Shown one piece after another: positions 30,438-40,530 of a DNA stretch of 64,000 nt (within the stretch, counting starts at the first letter, position 1; each line of letters starts with the position of its first letter). Under the pieces are notes generated by a model. That model saw only the letters and a program-made list of their open reading frames with translations. It had not been told where the DNA came from and made no database searches. This DNA comes from Candidatus Latescibacterota bacterium. Lineage in GTDB: Bacteria; Latescibacterota; UBA2968. The translations under genes and the position numbers were made by a program. The stretch is taken from positions 1 to 64,000 of the forward strand of contig JAYODI010000005.1 in assembly GCA_038279365.1 (NCBI GenBank). The letters are read 5' to 3'.

Positions 30438-30475
30438 AAAAACCGCCCCGTTGAAGCGCTTCAACGGGGCGGTTT
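30438..30475. terminator. Bidirectional terminator
   Basis: aaaccgccccgttgaag-c-gcttcaacggggcggttt long stem between convergent genes. Confidence 0.8.
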
Positions 30476-30497
30476 CTCATTTATGGTATTTTCGATA

Positions 30498-31151
30498 TCA
30501 AAACGATTTTAAAACCGGCTCCAAAACCTGCCACACATTCTCTGCCACAATCCGATGTCCCTCTTGTGTGGGATGAATACGATCTGGCAAATTTAACTCT
30601 GCATTGCCCGCCACACCCGCCAATAAAAACGGAATCAACGCCGCATCATTCTCTTTGGCCAAATCCTGAAATATCGCACGAAACCCATCGGTATATGCGT
30701 CACCCAAATTGGGCGGTGCTTCCATACCCGCAATCACAATCTTCACATCCTTATACTTCGCTCTCGTCTGATCAACAATCCCTTGCAAACTCTTACGTGT
30801 CACCTCAAGCGGCACCCCGCGCAACGCATCATTCGCCCCCAACGCCAAAACCAAAACATCCACTTCTCGCCGCAACAACCACCCCACACGCCGCAACCCA
30901 CCCGAAGACGTTTCACCACTCAACCCAGCATTCACCACCTCAAACGGCATCCCCAACGAATCAATCTTAGCCTGCACAACCGTCGGAAACGCCCGCTCTT
31001 CATCCAAACCATACCCCGCCGTCAAACTGTCACCCAAAAACAAAACCGTTCGCTTCTCTTCTTTTTCCTGAGCGCCCACAGTAATGCCCAAACAGATCAC
31101 CATTGTCATAACATATCCAACAAGCACACCAAACCACCAAACCATAACCAA
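30498..31151 (-). CDS. tesA: Arylesterase/acyl-CoA thioesterase I (SGNH/GDSL)
   Basis: GDSLTAGYG, NAGLSGETS, LGANDALRG, DRIHP. Confidence 0.88.
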   Translation of the reverse strand: MVMVWWFGVLVGYVMTMVICLGITVGAQEKEEKRTVLFLGDSLTAGYGLDEERAFPTVVQAKIDSLGMPFEVVNAGLSGETSSGGLRRVGWLLRREVDVLVLALGANDALRGVPLEVTRKSLQGIVDQTRAKYKDVKIVIAGMEAPPNLGDAYTDGFRAIFQDLAKENDAALIPFLLAGVAGNAELNLPDRIHPTQEGHRIVAENVWQVLEPVLKSF

Positions 31152-31308
31152 TCCCCCTCACCCCAAGCGATCAGATTTTCCGCACCATTCCGTCCAGCAA
31201 CTCATTTCATAAAACAATGAAGCAAACAGGCCACTTGATCTCTTGTACCCACCAAGGGTATTTACGGAAAATCAGCCTCCCCGGCACCTGAGGGGCGGCA
31301 TTTTTTGC

Positions 31309-31388
31309 TTAGGCAGAATAAATTCTGCCCCTAACGATACATGAACCTATCAATACAATAGTCTTAGGGGCGTAGTTTACTGCGCCTT
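31309..31388. repeat. Pair of REP-like palindromes
   Basis: ttaggcagaataaattctgcccctaa and ttaggggcgtagtttactgcgcc in opposite orientation. Confidence 0.4.
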
Positions 31389-31582
31389 GGTCGCCGAAGG
31401 CAACGAAACAATTAAAAATAACCAAAAGTAGAAAATATCTACCCGAACCTATCCAAATATACTCAAATCTCAAAACCAGACAATTGCGCCTCTAACCTCC
31501 TATAAACTTCGCCATTTCTTTTTCTGATCTACATCCCTAAAATCCCCTTGTATTTCCTCTGAGAATTCATTATTCTTTCTTT

Positions 31583-31644
31583 TGTCAAGGACTGACACCC
31601 CGAGCCAAGGACGGGAAAGTCGAAGCGCCCAACCTCGGAGGTGA
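31583..31644 (+). promoter_or_regulatory. Structured 5' leader with CsrA-like GGA sites
   Basis: tgtca-aggac-tgaca hairpin, second CAAGGAC 20 nt later, third GGA in the GGAGGTGA RBS. Confidence 0.45.
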
Positions 31645-31857
31645 GTGATGCTACCGGTCAACTCTATCGACTTAAGCCCCCAGCCCCTGCTTCGCAATGT
31701 CGCGGCCCCACAAGGCCCCATGCCCCCAGCCAGTGTGGCTCGCGGGGGGGCAGAAGACAATCGCATTGCAGGTGCAAGCTTGCTGACACAAACATTTCAG
31801 CAAGTCAACACATCAAGAGTCAACGGTGTGGGTGGCAAAGTAGATCTGCTTGGATAA
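31645..31857 (+). CDS. Small protein with YjfB-like C-terminus
   Basis: Strong RBS, own terminator, ends NGVGGKVDLLG; start is GTG 31645 or ATG 31648. Confidence 0.6.
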   Translation: MMLPVNSIDLSPQPLLRNVAAPQGPMPPASVARGGAEDNRIAGASLLTQTFQQVNTSRVNGVGGKVDLLG

Positions 31858-31870
31858 ATTGACCCAATTA

Positions 31871-31913
31871 TAGAAAAGCCGGAACAGCAACTCTGTTCCG
31901 GCTTTCTATTTTT
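31871..31913 (+). terminator. Intrinsic terminator
   Basis: aaagccggaacag..ctgttccggcttt followed by T-rich tail. Confidence 0.8.
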
Positions 31914-31946
31914 ACCCCAATCACCCCATCAAACGGTTATTGCCTT

Positions 31947-32615
31947 ATGCCCCAAAATGCATTCAACCCTCTCCATTTCACAACATATCCAGAATCCGAA
32001 ATGCAAACCCGTGCTGATACATTTTATCGCCTCATGCAAAAGCGACGCACCGTTCGTCACTTTTCAGATCGCCCCGTTCCCCAATCACTCATCACCACCT
32101 GCATACAAACCGCTGGCACAGCTCCCAGTGGCGCAAACAAACAACCCTGGCACTTTGTGGCCATTTCAGATAGCACCATCAAAAAACAAATCAAAGAAGC
32201 TGCCGAAAAAGAAGAACACGAATTTTATACACACCGCGCCCCCCAACGTTGGTTAAACGATCTCGCCCCTTTTGGCACGGATGCCAACAAACCCTTTCTC
32301 GAAACAGCCCCTTGGCTCATTGCCATCTTTGCCCAACGCTTTGCCCAAACCACCGACGGAGATCGCGATCAAAATTACTATGTCACCGAATCCGTCGGCA
32401 TCGCAACAGGCCTTCTCATCACCGCCCTACACAACGCAGGCCTCGCCACGCTCACCCACACACCCAGCCCCATGAAATTCCTCAACGACATACTCAACCG
32501 CCCCGACAACGAACGGCCGTTTCTCCTTCTTGTTGCAGGCTATCCAACCCCAGATGCACAAATACCAAACATTCAACGTAAATCATCTGGTGAGATTGCA
32601 ACATTTCTCACTTAA
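31947..32615 (+). CDS. Nitroreductase family, iodotyrosine deiodinase-like
   Basis: [45 protein letters not shown]. Confidence 0.82.
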   Translation: MPQNAFNPLHFTTYPESEMQTRADTFYRLMQKRRTVRHFSDRPVPQSLITTCIQTAGTAPSGANKQPWHFVAISDSTIKKQIKEAAEKEEHEFYTHRAPQRWLNDLAPFGTDANKPFLETAPWLIAIFAQRFAQTTDGDRDQNYYVTESVGIATGLLITALHNAGLATLTHTPSPMKFLNDILNRPDNERPFLLLVAGYPTPDAQIPNIQRKSSGEIATFLT

Positions 32616-32662
32616 ACACCATATCGTATGTAATCCACCACTCTCAAAACACATTGGTCTGA

Positions 32663-35149
32663 TCAGTTATCTTTATTTTTCTCGTCCCCTAAAAATCTGC
32701 GCTGACTCAGTGCCGTCATATCACTGGGGTTCAATGCCAATGCCTTATCAAAAGCATCATGCGCCCCATCAAAATCTTTCAAATTCATCAACGCAACACC
32801 CAACAAAGTGTACACATCTGCCAAATCAGCATCTAATGCCAGACTATTTCGGTATGCTTTGGCCGCTGCTTTAAAATCTTTCAAATACATACAGGCCGTC
32901 CCCAAATTCTGATAGGCGTCTACATAATCGGGTGCCAAAGCAACCGTTTGTTCAAAGTGTAATCGGGCTTGTTGATAATTTTCCAATGCGGCCTGTGTGA
33001 GCCCCAAATAATAATGTGCCTGAACATGATCGTATTTCAAATCAACACATCTTTGAAAACACACACGTGCATCTTCATACGATTTGGTTCGGTAAAATAA
33101 CTTTCCCAATGTCAACTGGCGATCTGCATTTTGGGTATTGCGATCCGCCGCCTCTCGATAAGTTGCAATTGCACGCACCGTATCACCCAATGCCAAATAC
33201 ACATAGCCCAAATTTGTACGGGCAACATAAAATTTGGGTGAAACATCAACTGCGCGTATCAACCACGGCAAAGCTTGTTCATAGGCTTTTTTATCGATGT
33301 AATAAGATGCTATATTGTTTGCGATAGACCCATCAAATGTGGAATCAGGTATCTGCTCAAATATCGCCAAAGCATCGTCATACCGGTCTAACCCCAACAA
33401 CACATTCCCCATTTTGTGCATCACACCAGAACTATCAATGCCAATGCGCTTAAACCCTTTGTCAAGCCGTTCCAATGTTCTACCATAGGCCACTAAGGCA
33501 ACGTCTAAATCACCATCTTTGCGCAAAGCATCACCCAAAAGATCGTAGGCCAAGGGTGCAGAATCAAAGAACGGATCTGAAATACGACTTGCGTCGGGAC
33601 GAATCACATACAACAAAGGCACGCCTTGCACATCGACCGTATGCAAAATGTCGCCGGGAATGGCCCTGTGTGCATCAAAAAATGTATTACCCACATAATA
33701 GTTGGCATGATGCAATTGGGTTCTCCGAAATTCAAAACGAGAACGATCCACCATATAGGCCACATTTTTGTATAAACTTCCAATCACAGGCTTTGCCTCT
33801 CCAGCTTTACTTGTAGCCTGTGCTTCTATCCAACGCACACCCTGTTTATACGTATGGTTCCAATAATCGGTATCATAAGATTTTGAGGCCTCCGCCAAAC
33901 CACCTCCAAAAACCCGGTTGAAATACACATACTGATTGGGATGCATTGTCACCATATCAAACACCACTGCCAACATTGCCGTACAAAAAACAGCACCCAT
34001 CAGACGCAAAACCCATATCTGCTTCAAAAGACAAATCGCTTCTGAAACGCCCAACGCACTCACCACCACCAAAGGCGGTATCACAAATGTCAGGTGTCGA
34101 ATACCATTTAACAACGGCGTGTGAGAAACAACACCAAAAACAATGGGGAAAACACCCGCAAAAACCAACACACCCACTTGCAACCCTTTTACAGATTGCA
34201 AGTGGGTAAATGACATTTTCCACACCACACAAATCCCCCCCACCAACACACCCATCATCACAAACTCTGGAATCGTAATCAACAACCACTGAGGAATATA
34301 GTGCCAGGGCAAGGCATTACTCGCCATATATTGCCCGTGATAAAAATTGTAATGCACCTCCGGAAACCTTGAAAATGCGGTCAAACTATCTAACAGTCCC
34401 GTAATCGGATGTATATGCAAATAAGGAAAAAAAGGAAACACCGTCACATACGTCACCACCCCCACGCCCAACACACACAAAACTTGACGTTGCCAATCGC
34501 TCAGAATTTCTGCATTTTCAAAACGCCACACCTGAACATATCGCAACAAAAAAAACAAACCCAAATAACACACCAACAACGCCGCACTGGATCGAATGCC
34601 AAACGTAAGCCCCAAAACCACACCCAATTTCCAAATCAAATCGCGCGACAAATGGGGCAACACACCCACACACCGAATCAAATAATACAACGACCACAAA
34701 TATCCCACAGCAAAAGGAATATCCTTTGTGTTGTTAAAAACGTGGCCATAATAACGCGGGGTCAAAATCAAAAACAATGCCGCCAAAAAGCCCGCACGAG
34801 GTCCACCCAGCAAAGCACCTACCCGATAAGCACCCAACACACCCAACACACCCAAAAACCCACACACCAAATGGCGCAATTCATACACATCCATAGGTAC
34901 CACATGTTTCAACACATAAATCACCACATCAAAAAAACCACCATATAACCAAAGATTCGACGCCATGAATACCGTATGGTCGCGAAACAAACTGCCATAC
35001 CATTTTGCAATATGTTCGCCATAGGCCACATGCAAAGGCTCATCCGTTGTAATACCATAGCTCGAAAATGTCGTCAAGACAACCACACCATATATTGCTA
35101 TTAACGCATAAAACAACCGTTGCCAAAAATCTGTCTCCGATGCCTTCAT
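32663..35149 (-). CDS. GT-C (PMT/ArnT-like) membrane glycosyltransferase with C-terminal TPRs
   Basis: GITTDE loop, PRYYGH..N.KDIP, R(H)L motif, YVYFN..GG, DYW, many TPR repeats. Confidence 0.82.
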   Translation of the reverse strand: MKASETDFWQRLFYALIAIYGVVVLTTFSSYGITTDEPLHVAYGEHIAKWYGSLFRDHTVFMASNLWLYGGFFDVVIYVLKHVVPMDVYELRHLVCGFLGVLGVLGAYRVGALLGGPRAGFLAALFLILTPRYYGHVFNNTKDIPFAVGYLWSLYYLIRCVGVLPHLSRDLIWKLGVVLGLTFGIRSSAALLVCYLGLFFLLRYVQVWRFENAEILSDWQRQVLCVLGVGVVTYVTVFPFFPYLHIHPITGLLDSLTAFSRFPEVHYNFYHGQYMASNALPWHYIPQWLLITIPEFVMMGVLVGGICVVWKMSFTHLQSVKGLQVGVLVFAGVFPIVFGVVSHTPLLNGIRHLTFVIPPLVVVSALGVSEAICLLKQIWVLRLMGAVFCTAMLAVVFDMVTMHPNQYVYFNRVFGGGLAEASKSYDTDYWNHTYKQGVRWIEAQATSKAGEAKPVIGSLYKNVAYMVDRSRFEFRRTQLHHANYYVGNTFFDAHRAIPGDILHTVDVQGVPLLYVIRPDASRISDPFFDSAPLAYDLLGDALRKDGDLDVALVAYGRTLERLDKGFKRIGIDSSGVMHKMGNVLLGLDRYDDALAIFEQIPDSTFDGSIANNIASYYIDKKAYEQALPWLIRAVDVSPKFYVARTNLGYVYLALGDTVRAIATYREAADRNTQNADRQLTLGKLFYRTKSYEDARVCFQRCVDLKYDHVQAHYYLGLTQAALENYQQARLHFEQTVALAPDYVDAYQNLGTACMYLKDFKAAAKAYRNSLALDADLADVYTLLGVALMNLKDFDGAHDAFDKALALNPSDMTALSQRRFLGDEKNKDN

Positions 35150-35269
35150 TCATCATCCTCATGATCCAATATGATACCCATAAAAACCACTGCCCAAATG
35201 TGCGATTTGTTGTAAATTAAGCAAACTTTCAACAATGTAAACTCAAAACTGATATTTGTTTAGGCCACT

Positions 35270-36079
35270 ATGACGACAAACGCACAACACCCCAAATCGA
35301 ACACACCTCAAATCCAGCCCTCGGTATCGCTTATCATACCCACCTATCAAGCAGAATCTTTCATTATACCCCATATAGAACGCCTTGAAACATATGCTCA
35401 AAACACACCGATTATTCTAGAAATAATACTCATAGATGATGGCAGCCAGGACCAAACCCCCATCCGCATCAACCAATATCTCAAAACCCATCCCCACACC
35501 CATCTCAAATTCATCGCACTCAATCAAAATGTGGGAAAAGGTGCCGCCATCAAAAAAGGTGTTCAAATTGCCTCAGGCAACATCGTCATCTTCACCGACT
35601 GTGACCTTCCCTACTCATTTTCTGACATCAATGCCCTTATCCACACGCTCACCACAACACAAGCCGATGTGGTCATAGGAAGCCGAATGCACCCAGAGAG
35701 TGTTTATCATATCCGATCTCAAAACCTCTCCTACATCTACATTCGCCACACCAGCGGTCGTTTGTTCAACTTTCTCATCAATCTCTTTACACGCCTCCAC
35801 ATGGCCGACACCCAAGCAGGCCTAAAAGGCTTTACCCAAGAAGCAGCAAAATGGTGTTTTGGCAAAATGACCATCTCAGGTTTCGCCTTTGACATCGACT
35901 TGCTCGTATGTGCAAAAAAAAACCATTTGCACATCGAAACCATTCCACTCAACTTTAATTACGATTCTGAAATGAGCACAGTCAGTTTTCTCAAACACGC
36001 CGTTCTCATGACCTTGAGCGTTTTACACATTGTCTTTAAAAAGTTAACGGGGCATTATACCCGCCCATCAAACCCATGA
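35270..36079 (+). CDS. GT2 polyprenol-phosphate glycosyltransferase
   Basis: IIPTY, DDGSQD, GKGAA, FTDCD, GSR, DTQAGLKGF, GFAFD. Confidence 0.88.
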   Translation: MTTNAQHPKSNTPQIQPSVSLIIPTYQAESFIIPHIERLETYAQNTPIILEIILIDDGSQDQTPIRINQYLKTHPHTHLKFIALNQNVGKGAAIKKGVQIASGNIVIFTDCDLPYSFSDINALIHTLTTTQADVVIGSRMHPESVYHIRSQNLSYIYIRHTSGRLFNFLINLFTRLHMADTQAGLKGFTQEAAKWCFGKMTISGFAFDIDLLVCAKKNHLHIETIPLNFNYDSEMSTVSFLKHAVLMTLSVLHIVFKKLTGHYTRPSNP

Positions 36080-36819
36080 AAATGAAAATTGCCGTCGATG
36101 ATTACGGCCTGCACCCCAACATAGACAAAGCCATTCGCACCCTTGCTGAATGTGGCACAGTACAAAAGGTCAGCATCATGGCCAACGCAGCCTACGATCC
36201 CGAACCGTTGCCCGACCACATTGAAACAGGGCTACATGTTGATCTGACCACCCCATACAGCTTGGGTGGCAAACCATTGGCCTCCAGCCCGTTTCATCTA
36301 TTGCGATCTCGACATTTATCTCTTGTTGAACTAGAAGATCGCATGGCTGCACAACTCCACCACCTCACTGCACGTGGTTTCAAAATCACACACATCGATA
36401 CCCATCAACACATCCACCTCATTCCCATCATCTTACAAGCTGTCAAAAACACAGCCACCGCACACCGCATCTCAAACATACGATGCCTCACATTACAAAT
36501 GCGCCATCACCCCTTTTATTTTTCATCCCTCCTAAAATGTGGTTTTCTAAAGCAAACCCTCAAACTGCAAACCCTCTATGCAGGGGGATATACGATGACC
36601 TCCAAATTATCCGACAGAAATCCAATGCCCAACCTCGTGCTCATGCCTTTGGCGCAAAGTGGTCACTATGCAAAACTCTTAAACCTATTTGTTCACCACT
36701 TTCAAAATCAAAATGCAGAACTCGTTACACATCCTGGACTACATGCAAACATCCCAAACGAACCCTATGTGCAAGGCCGAACCATCGAATATCAAGCACT
36801 CTTGGCACTTGCCAATTAG
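36076..36819 (+). CDS. ChbG/YdjC family deacetylase
   Basis: VDDYG, GLHVDL, HIDTHQHIH, ELVTHPG. Confidence 0.85.
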   Translation: MKMKIAVDDYGLHPNIDKAIRTLAECGTVQKVSIMANAAYDPEPLPDHIETGLHVDLTTPYSLGGKPLASSPFHLLRSRHLSLVELEDRMAAQLHHLTARGFKITHIDTHQHIHLIPIILQAVKNTATAHRISNIRCLTLQMRHHPFYFSSLLKCGFLKQTLKLQTLYAGGYTMTSKLSDRNPMPNLVLMPLAQSGHYAKLLNLFVHHFQNQNAELVTHPGLHANIPNEPYVQGRTIEYQALLALAN

Positions 36820-36829
36820 GACACCAACC

Positions 36830-37426
36830 ATGTGGGATACCTTCTATAAATATCTGCGCCCCTTCTTTCAAACACCCAACCACATCATGAAACACGTTGA
36901 TGACCATGTCTCTATCCTCGACATCGGCTGTGGGTATGGTGAACTCAGCGCCTATATTGCAGAGCAAAAATCATCGCCCCAAATCACAGGCATTGACCAC
37001 GACACTCACAAAATCCAAACCGCCCAAACACGCTATGCCCATATCGCCAACTTGCGTTTTGAAATGACCAATGTAGAAACCCTCTCAAGCATCACACACC
37101 ACACCGTACTCATCATCGACGTGCTCCACTACTTTAATCACGACGATCAACGCAATTTGCTCCAAAAAATATCGGCATCCAACCACGTTCACAAAATCAT
37201 TGCCAGAGACATTGTTAAAGCCTATCATCCTGCCTACTATCTCAATCGCCTCCACGAATTTATCATGACCCGAACAGGGCGCACCAAAGTCTCCCAAACG
37301 CAATTTTCATTCTTCACAAAAAAACAATGGCACCAAATAGCAGCCAACCTCAACATGACCATCACCATTGAAAAATCGGGTCTGCCCTTTTACAACGACC
37401 ACCTCATCATATTCTCCAAACCATAG
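36830..37426 (+). CDS. Class I SAM-dependent methyltransferase
   Basis: LDIGCGYG, GIDHD, IDVLHY. Confidence 0.85.
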   Translation: MWDTFYKYLRPFFQTPNHIMKHVDDHVSILDIGCGYGELSAYIAEQKSSPQITGIDHDTHKIQTAQTRYAHIANLRFEMTNVETLSSITHHTVLIIDVLHYFNHDDQRNLLQKISASNHVHKIIARDIVKAYHPAYYLNRLHEFIMTRTGRTKVSQTQFSFFTKKQWHQIAANLNMTITIEKSGLPFYNDHLIIFSKP

Positions 37427-37434
37427 AGGCTTTT

Positions 37435-38196
37435 ATGTCCACACTTTCTGCCGAACAAATTCACTTCTTCCAAAAAAATGGCTATCTCAAAATAGGAAAA
37501 TTACTCGAAGACGATCACTTGGCCACTTTGCAACAAGAATATGACAAAGAGTTTAACCTTGCACGGGAAAACAACCGCTTTCGCAACTTGGCCATCAGCG
37601 ACACCGAACGCCTTGAAGAAAAAAACAATGCACCCACCCAAATGCTCCAAATTATGCAAATGTGTGAACGCAATATGCACTTTCGCAAACTGGTCTACCA
37701 CGACCCCATTCTCGACATTGCCGAAAGCCTCATTGGCCCTAACCTACAACTCTTTCACGATCAGGCATTGTTCAAACCCGCACACAATGGCGATGCCGTC
37801 TTTTGGCACCAAGACAACGCCTATTGGCAATGTTTGCCGGCAAATCTTGTTTCCTGTTGGCTCACCCTCGATGATGTCGATGTCTCCAATGGGGCCATGC
37901 ATGTCTTGCCAGGATCACACCTTCAGGCCCAAGATCACGAAAAATCCAAACAAACCGGTGCCTTGCTCGACCACGGAGACAAAATAGATGCCTCCAAAGC
38001 CGAAGTCATTGACCTACCTGCAGGCGGTGTTATGTTTCACCATTGCCAAACATTTCATTACACACCGCCTAACAAAACCAACCGCCAACGCCGTGCCTTT
38101 GCCATTCACTTTATGACACCCGGCACCAAATCGGCACGCACAGGTGATCGCCTCAAAGTTTCCTTTGCACGCCCCATGTTGCGCATGAGCATCTAA
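37435..38196 (+). CDS. PhyH family dioxygenase
   Basis: WHQD, NGAM..LPGSH, FHH..TFH, N.T..RR. Confidence 0.88.
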   Translation: MSTLSAEQIHFFQKNGYLKIGKLLEDDHLATLQQEYDKEFNLARENNRFRNLAISDTERLEEKNNAPTQMLQIMQMCERNMHFRKLVYHDPILDIAESLIGPNLQLFHDQALFKPAHNGDAVFWHQDNAYWQCLPANLVSCWLTLDDVDVSNGAMHVLPGSHLQAQDHEKSKQTGALLDHGDKIDASKAEVIDLPAGGVMFHHCQTFHYTPPNKTNRQRRAFAIHFMTPGTKSARTGDRLKVSFARPMLRMSI

Positions 38197-38229
38197 CCAT
38201 CACCATCTTTCTCCACTTGGACCTAATCT

Positions 38230-38697
38230 ATGAGCTCCCATCGCATTGGCCTCATCTCCGACACCCACGGCCTCTTACGTCCAGAAGCCACCCGCGCACT
38301 TGCGGGTGTTGAACACATCATTCACGCGGGTGATGTGGGCGACCCCAACATCCTCACCAAGCTCGAAAACATTGCGCCCGTCACGGCCGTACGTGGCAAT
38401 GTCGATTTCACCACACAGCTCTCCAACTTACCCATCAACAACACCTTAGAAATTGGTGAGGTTTCCATTTATATCACCCACATCATCGAAAGCTTAGACA
38501 TAGACCCCAAAGCAGGTGGATTCCAAGCGGTCATATTTGGTCACTCCCATCGCCCAGAAGTGGAAGAAAAAAACGGTGTCTTCTACATCAATCCTGGCAG
38601 CATCGGCCCTCGCCGCTTCAACTTGCCCATTTCAATGGCTTATTTGCACATCAACGGCACCCAATTACAAGTAGAACCCCTTGAACTGAATCCATAA
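38230..38697 (+). CDS. Metallophosphoesterase (YfcE/MJ0936)
   Basis: SDTHG, HAGD, RGNVD, FGHSH, NPGS. Confidence 0.9.
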   Translation: MSSHRIGLISDTHGLLRPEATRALAGVEHIIHAGDVGDPNILTKLENIAPVTAVRGNVDFTTQLSNLPINNTLEIGEVSIYITHIIESLDIDPKAGGFQAVIFGHSHRPEVEEKNGVFYINPGSIGPRRFNLPISMAYLHINGTQLQVEPLELNP

Positions 38698-38727
38698 TTT
38701 TTGAACCCCTCGTAAGGAGTTATTCCT

Positions 38728-39789
38728 ATGATCCCTTTCGGAATCGTTGGCACAGGTTGGCGCGCACATTTCTTTTTGCGTGTGGCCAAAGCCTGTCCAG
38801 ATCGTTTCAAATGCGTAGGTGTGGTCACCCGAGACCCACAAAAAGCGGCCCCACTTGCCGAGCAATATGGCATCAAACTCTATCCTTCTCTCAACGACTT
38901 ATTGGCTCAAAACCCCCTCTTTGTGGTCACCAGTGTACCGTGGGCCGTCAACCCTGGTCTTTTACACCAACTCGCCGATGCCACCATGCCCGCCCTTTCA
39001 GAAACACCACCTGCCCCCACCGTTGATGAAATGGCTGAACTTTGCAAACGCACAAAAACAGGTGCCATCATTCAAGTTGCCGAACAGTACTTTCTCCAAC
39101 CCCATCATCAGGCCAAACTCGCCTTTATTCAAACCGGCAAACTCGGCACCATCTCCCAAACCCAAGTCTGCGCCGCACACGGTTATCACGGCATCAGCCT
39201 CATTCGCAAATTCCTTGGCATCAACTTTGAATGCCCCACCATCACCGCCACCGAATTTGTCTCACCCATTGTCAAAAGCCCCAACCGCAATGGCCCTCCT
39301 GATACCGAAGAGATTGCCGATTCCAAACAATCCATCGCCTGGCTTAACTTTGGCGACAAATTGGGCGTCTTCGACTTTACAGGTGACCTCTACTTTTCAC
39401 ACATTCGCAACCAACGCCTGCTCATTCGCGGAGAACGCGGCGAAATCATCAACGACACTGTCGCCTACCTTCAAAACCACACCACCCACATCAACCAATC
39501 TTTCACCCGACACAGTGCCGGCCCAGAAGGCAACCTCGAAGGCAACCACCTCAAAGGCTATCAAATTGGTGGCCAATGGGTCTACACCAACCCCCTCGCA
39601 CCCGGTGAACTCTCCGACGACGAAATTGCCGTAGGCACCTGCATGCTCAAAATGGCAGAACACGTCAACGGCGGTGACCCCGTCTACCCCCTCGAAGAAG
39701 CCTGCCAAGATCACTACCTCAGTTTATGTATTCAGCAAGCGCAAAAAGAAAATCGCCCTATCAAAGTAGAAACACCGACTTGGGCATAA
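38728..39789 (+). CDS. Gfo/Idh/MocA oxidoreductase
   Basis: GIVGTGWRA, SETPP, VAEQY. Confidence 0.85.
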   Translation: MIPFGIVGTGWRAHFFLRVAKACPDRFKCVGVVTRDPQKAAPLAEQYGIKLYPSLNDLLAQNPLFVVTSVPWAVNPGLLHQLADATMPALSETPPAPTVDEMAELCKRTKTGAIIQVAEQYFLQPHHQAKLAFIQTGKLGTISQTQVCAAHGYHGISLIRKFLGINFECPTITATEFVSPIVKSPNRNGPPDTEEIADSKQSIAWLNFGDKLGVFDFTGDLYFSHIRNQRLLIRGERGEIINDTVAYLQNHTTHINQSFTRHSAGPEGNLEGNHLKGYQIGGQWVYTNPLAPGELSDDEIAVGTCMLKMAEHVNGGDPVYPLEEACQDHYLSLCIQQAQKENRPIKVETPTWA

Positions 39790-39827
39790 AAAAATACGCC
39801 GAGACAATTGTGTCTCGGCGTATTTTT
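39789..39827. terminator. Bidirectional terminator
   Basis: aaaaatacgccgagaca..tgtctcggcgtattttt. Confidence 0.85.
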
Positions 39828-39848
39828 GGCTACCAGGCCTTTTTAAAA

Positions 39849-40466
39849 CTATAATTTATTTCCAACTTTTGTTTTGATCTGCGCTTGCGCCGCATCATTT
39901 TCCACACCCACCATCTTCAATCGAATATTGAGCGTATCGCCCAAAATACCCGTCGCCTGGGTCCAAGCATCCACACCCATATCTGACAAATTCACCTTCA
40001 TATCGGCAGCAAATCCTGCAATGGGCTCACCTGTTTGAGGGTGCATGCCACGTCCCAAAATCTTTACGGGCACAGTCACCTCACGCGTCACACCCAACAT
40101 CGACAAGTTACCTGTCACCATGAGCTTATCGCCCATATTTTCAACCTTAGAACTCTTAAAGCGAATCTCAGGGTGTTTGTTCAAATCAAAAAACAACCCC
40201 GCCCCCATCAGCACATCGTCATTTTTCACCTGAAAACTATTGGCCTTAAAGCAAAATTCAACAGATGAATTTTCCACCCGAATCGGTTCATAAACAATCT
40301 GACCTTCAAAGTTATCAAATGTACCTTTCACGGGCCGAATATCATTTTGTACCTCAAATGTTGAGTAGTGTGAATCCACTCGGTAATTTGTCGCAAATGC
40401 ACTGCCTGCAACAAACAACAAAACCAATGCGCCGAAACCTGCCATACGTGTGTGTTTGAACAACAT
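39849..40466 (-). CDS. YceI-like periplasmic lipid/polyisoprenoid-binding protein
   Basis: Signal peptide, YRVDSH, GTFDNFEG, FFD..KHPEIRFKS, VTGNLSMLGVTREV. Confidence 0.8.
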   Translation of the reverse strand: MLFKHTRMAGFGALVLLFVAGSAFATNYRVDSHYSTFEVQNDIRPVKGTFDNFEGQIVYEPIRVENSSVEFCFKANSFQVKNDDVLMGAGLFFDLNKHPEIRFKSSKVENMGDKLMVTGNLSMLGVTREVTVPVKILGRGMHPQTGEPIAGFAADMKVNLSDMGVDAWTQATGILGDTLNIRLKMVGVENDAAQAQIKTKVGNKL

Positions 40467-40530
40467 GGTGAACCTCCCTCAATAAGAAAAGAAATAAAAT
40501 GTGTGTTGCTTACCAGTTGCTCTTTCTTTT

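Noticed and set aside
31598..31640. Possible SRP RNA or other known ncRNA
   Set aside because: Lacks the SRP helix-8 motif; better explained as an mRNA leader
31500..31766. 88-aa minus-strand ORF
   Set aside because: The plus-strand ORF has the RBS and terminator support
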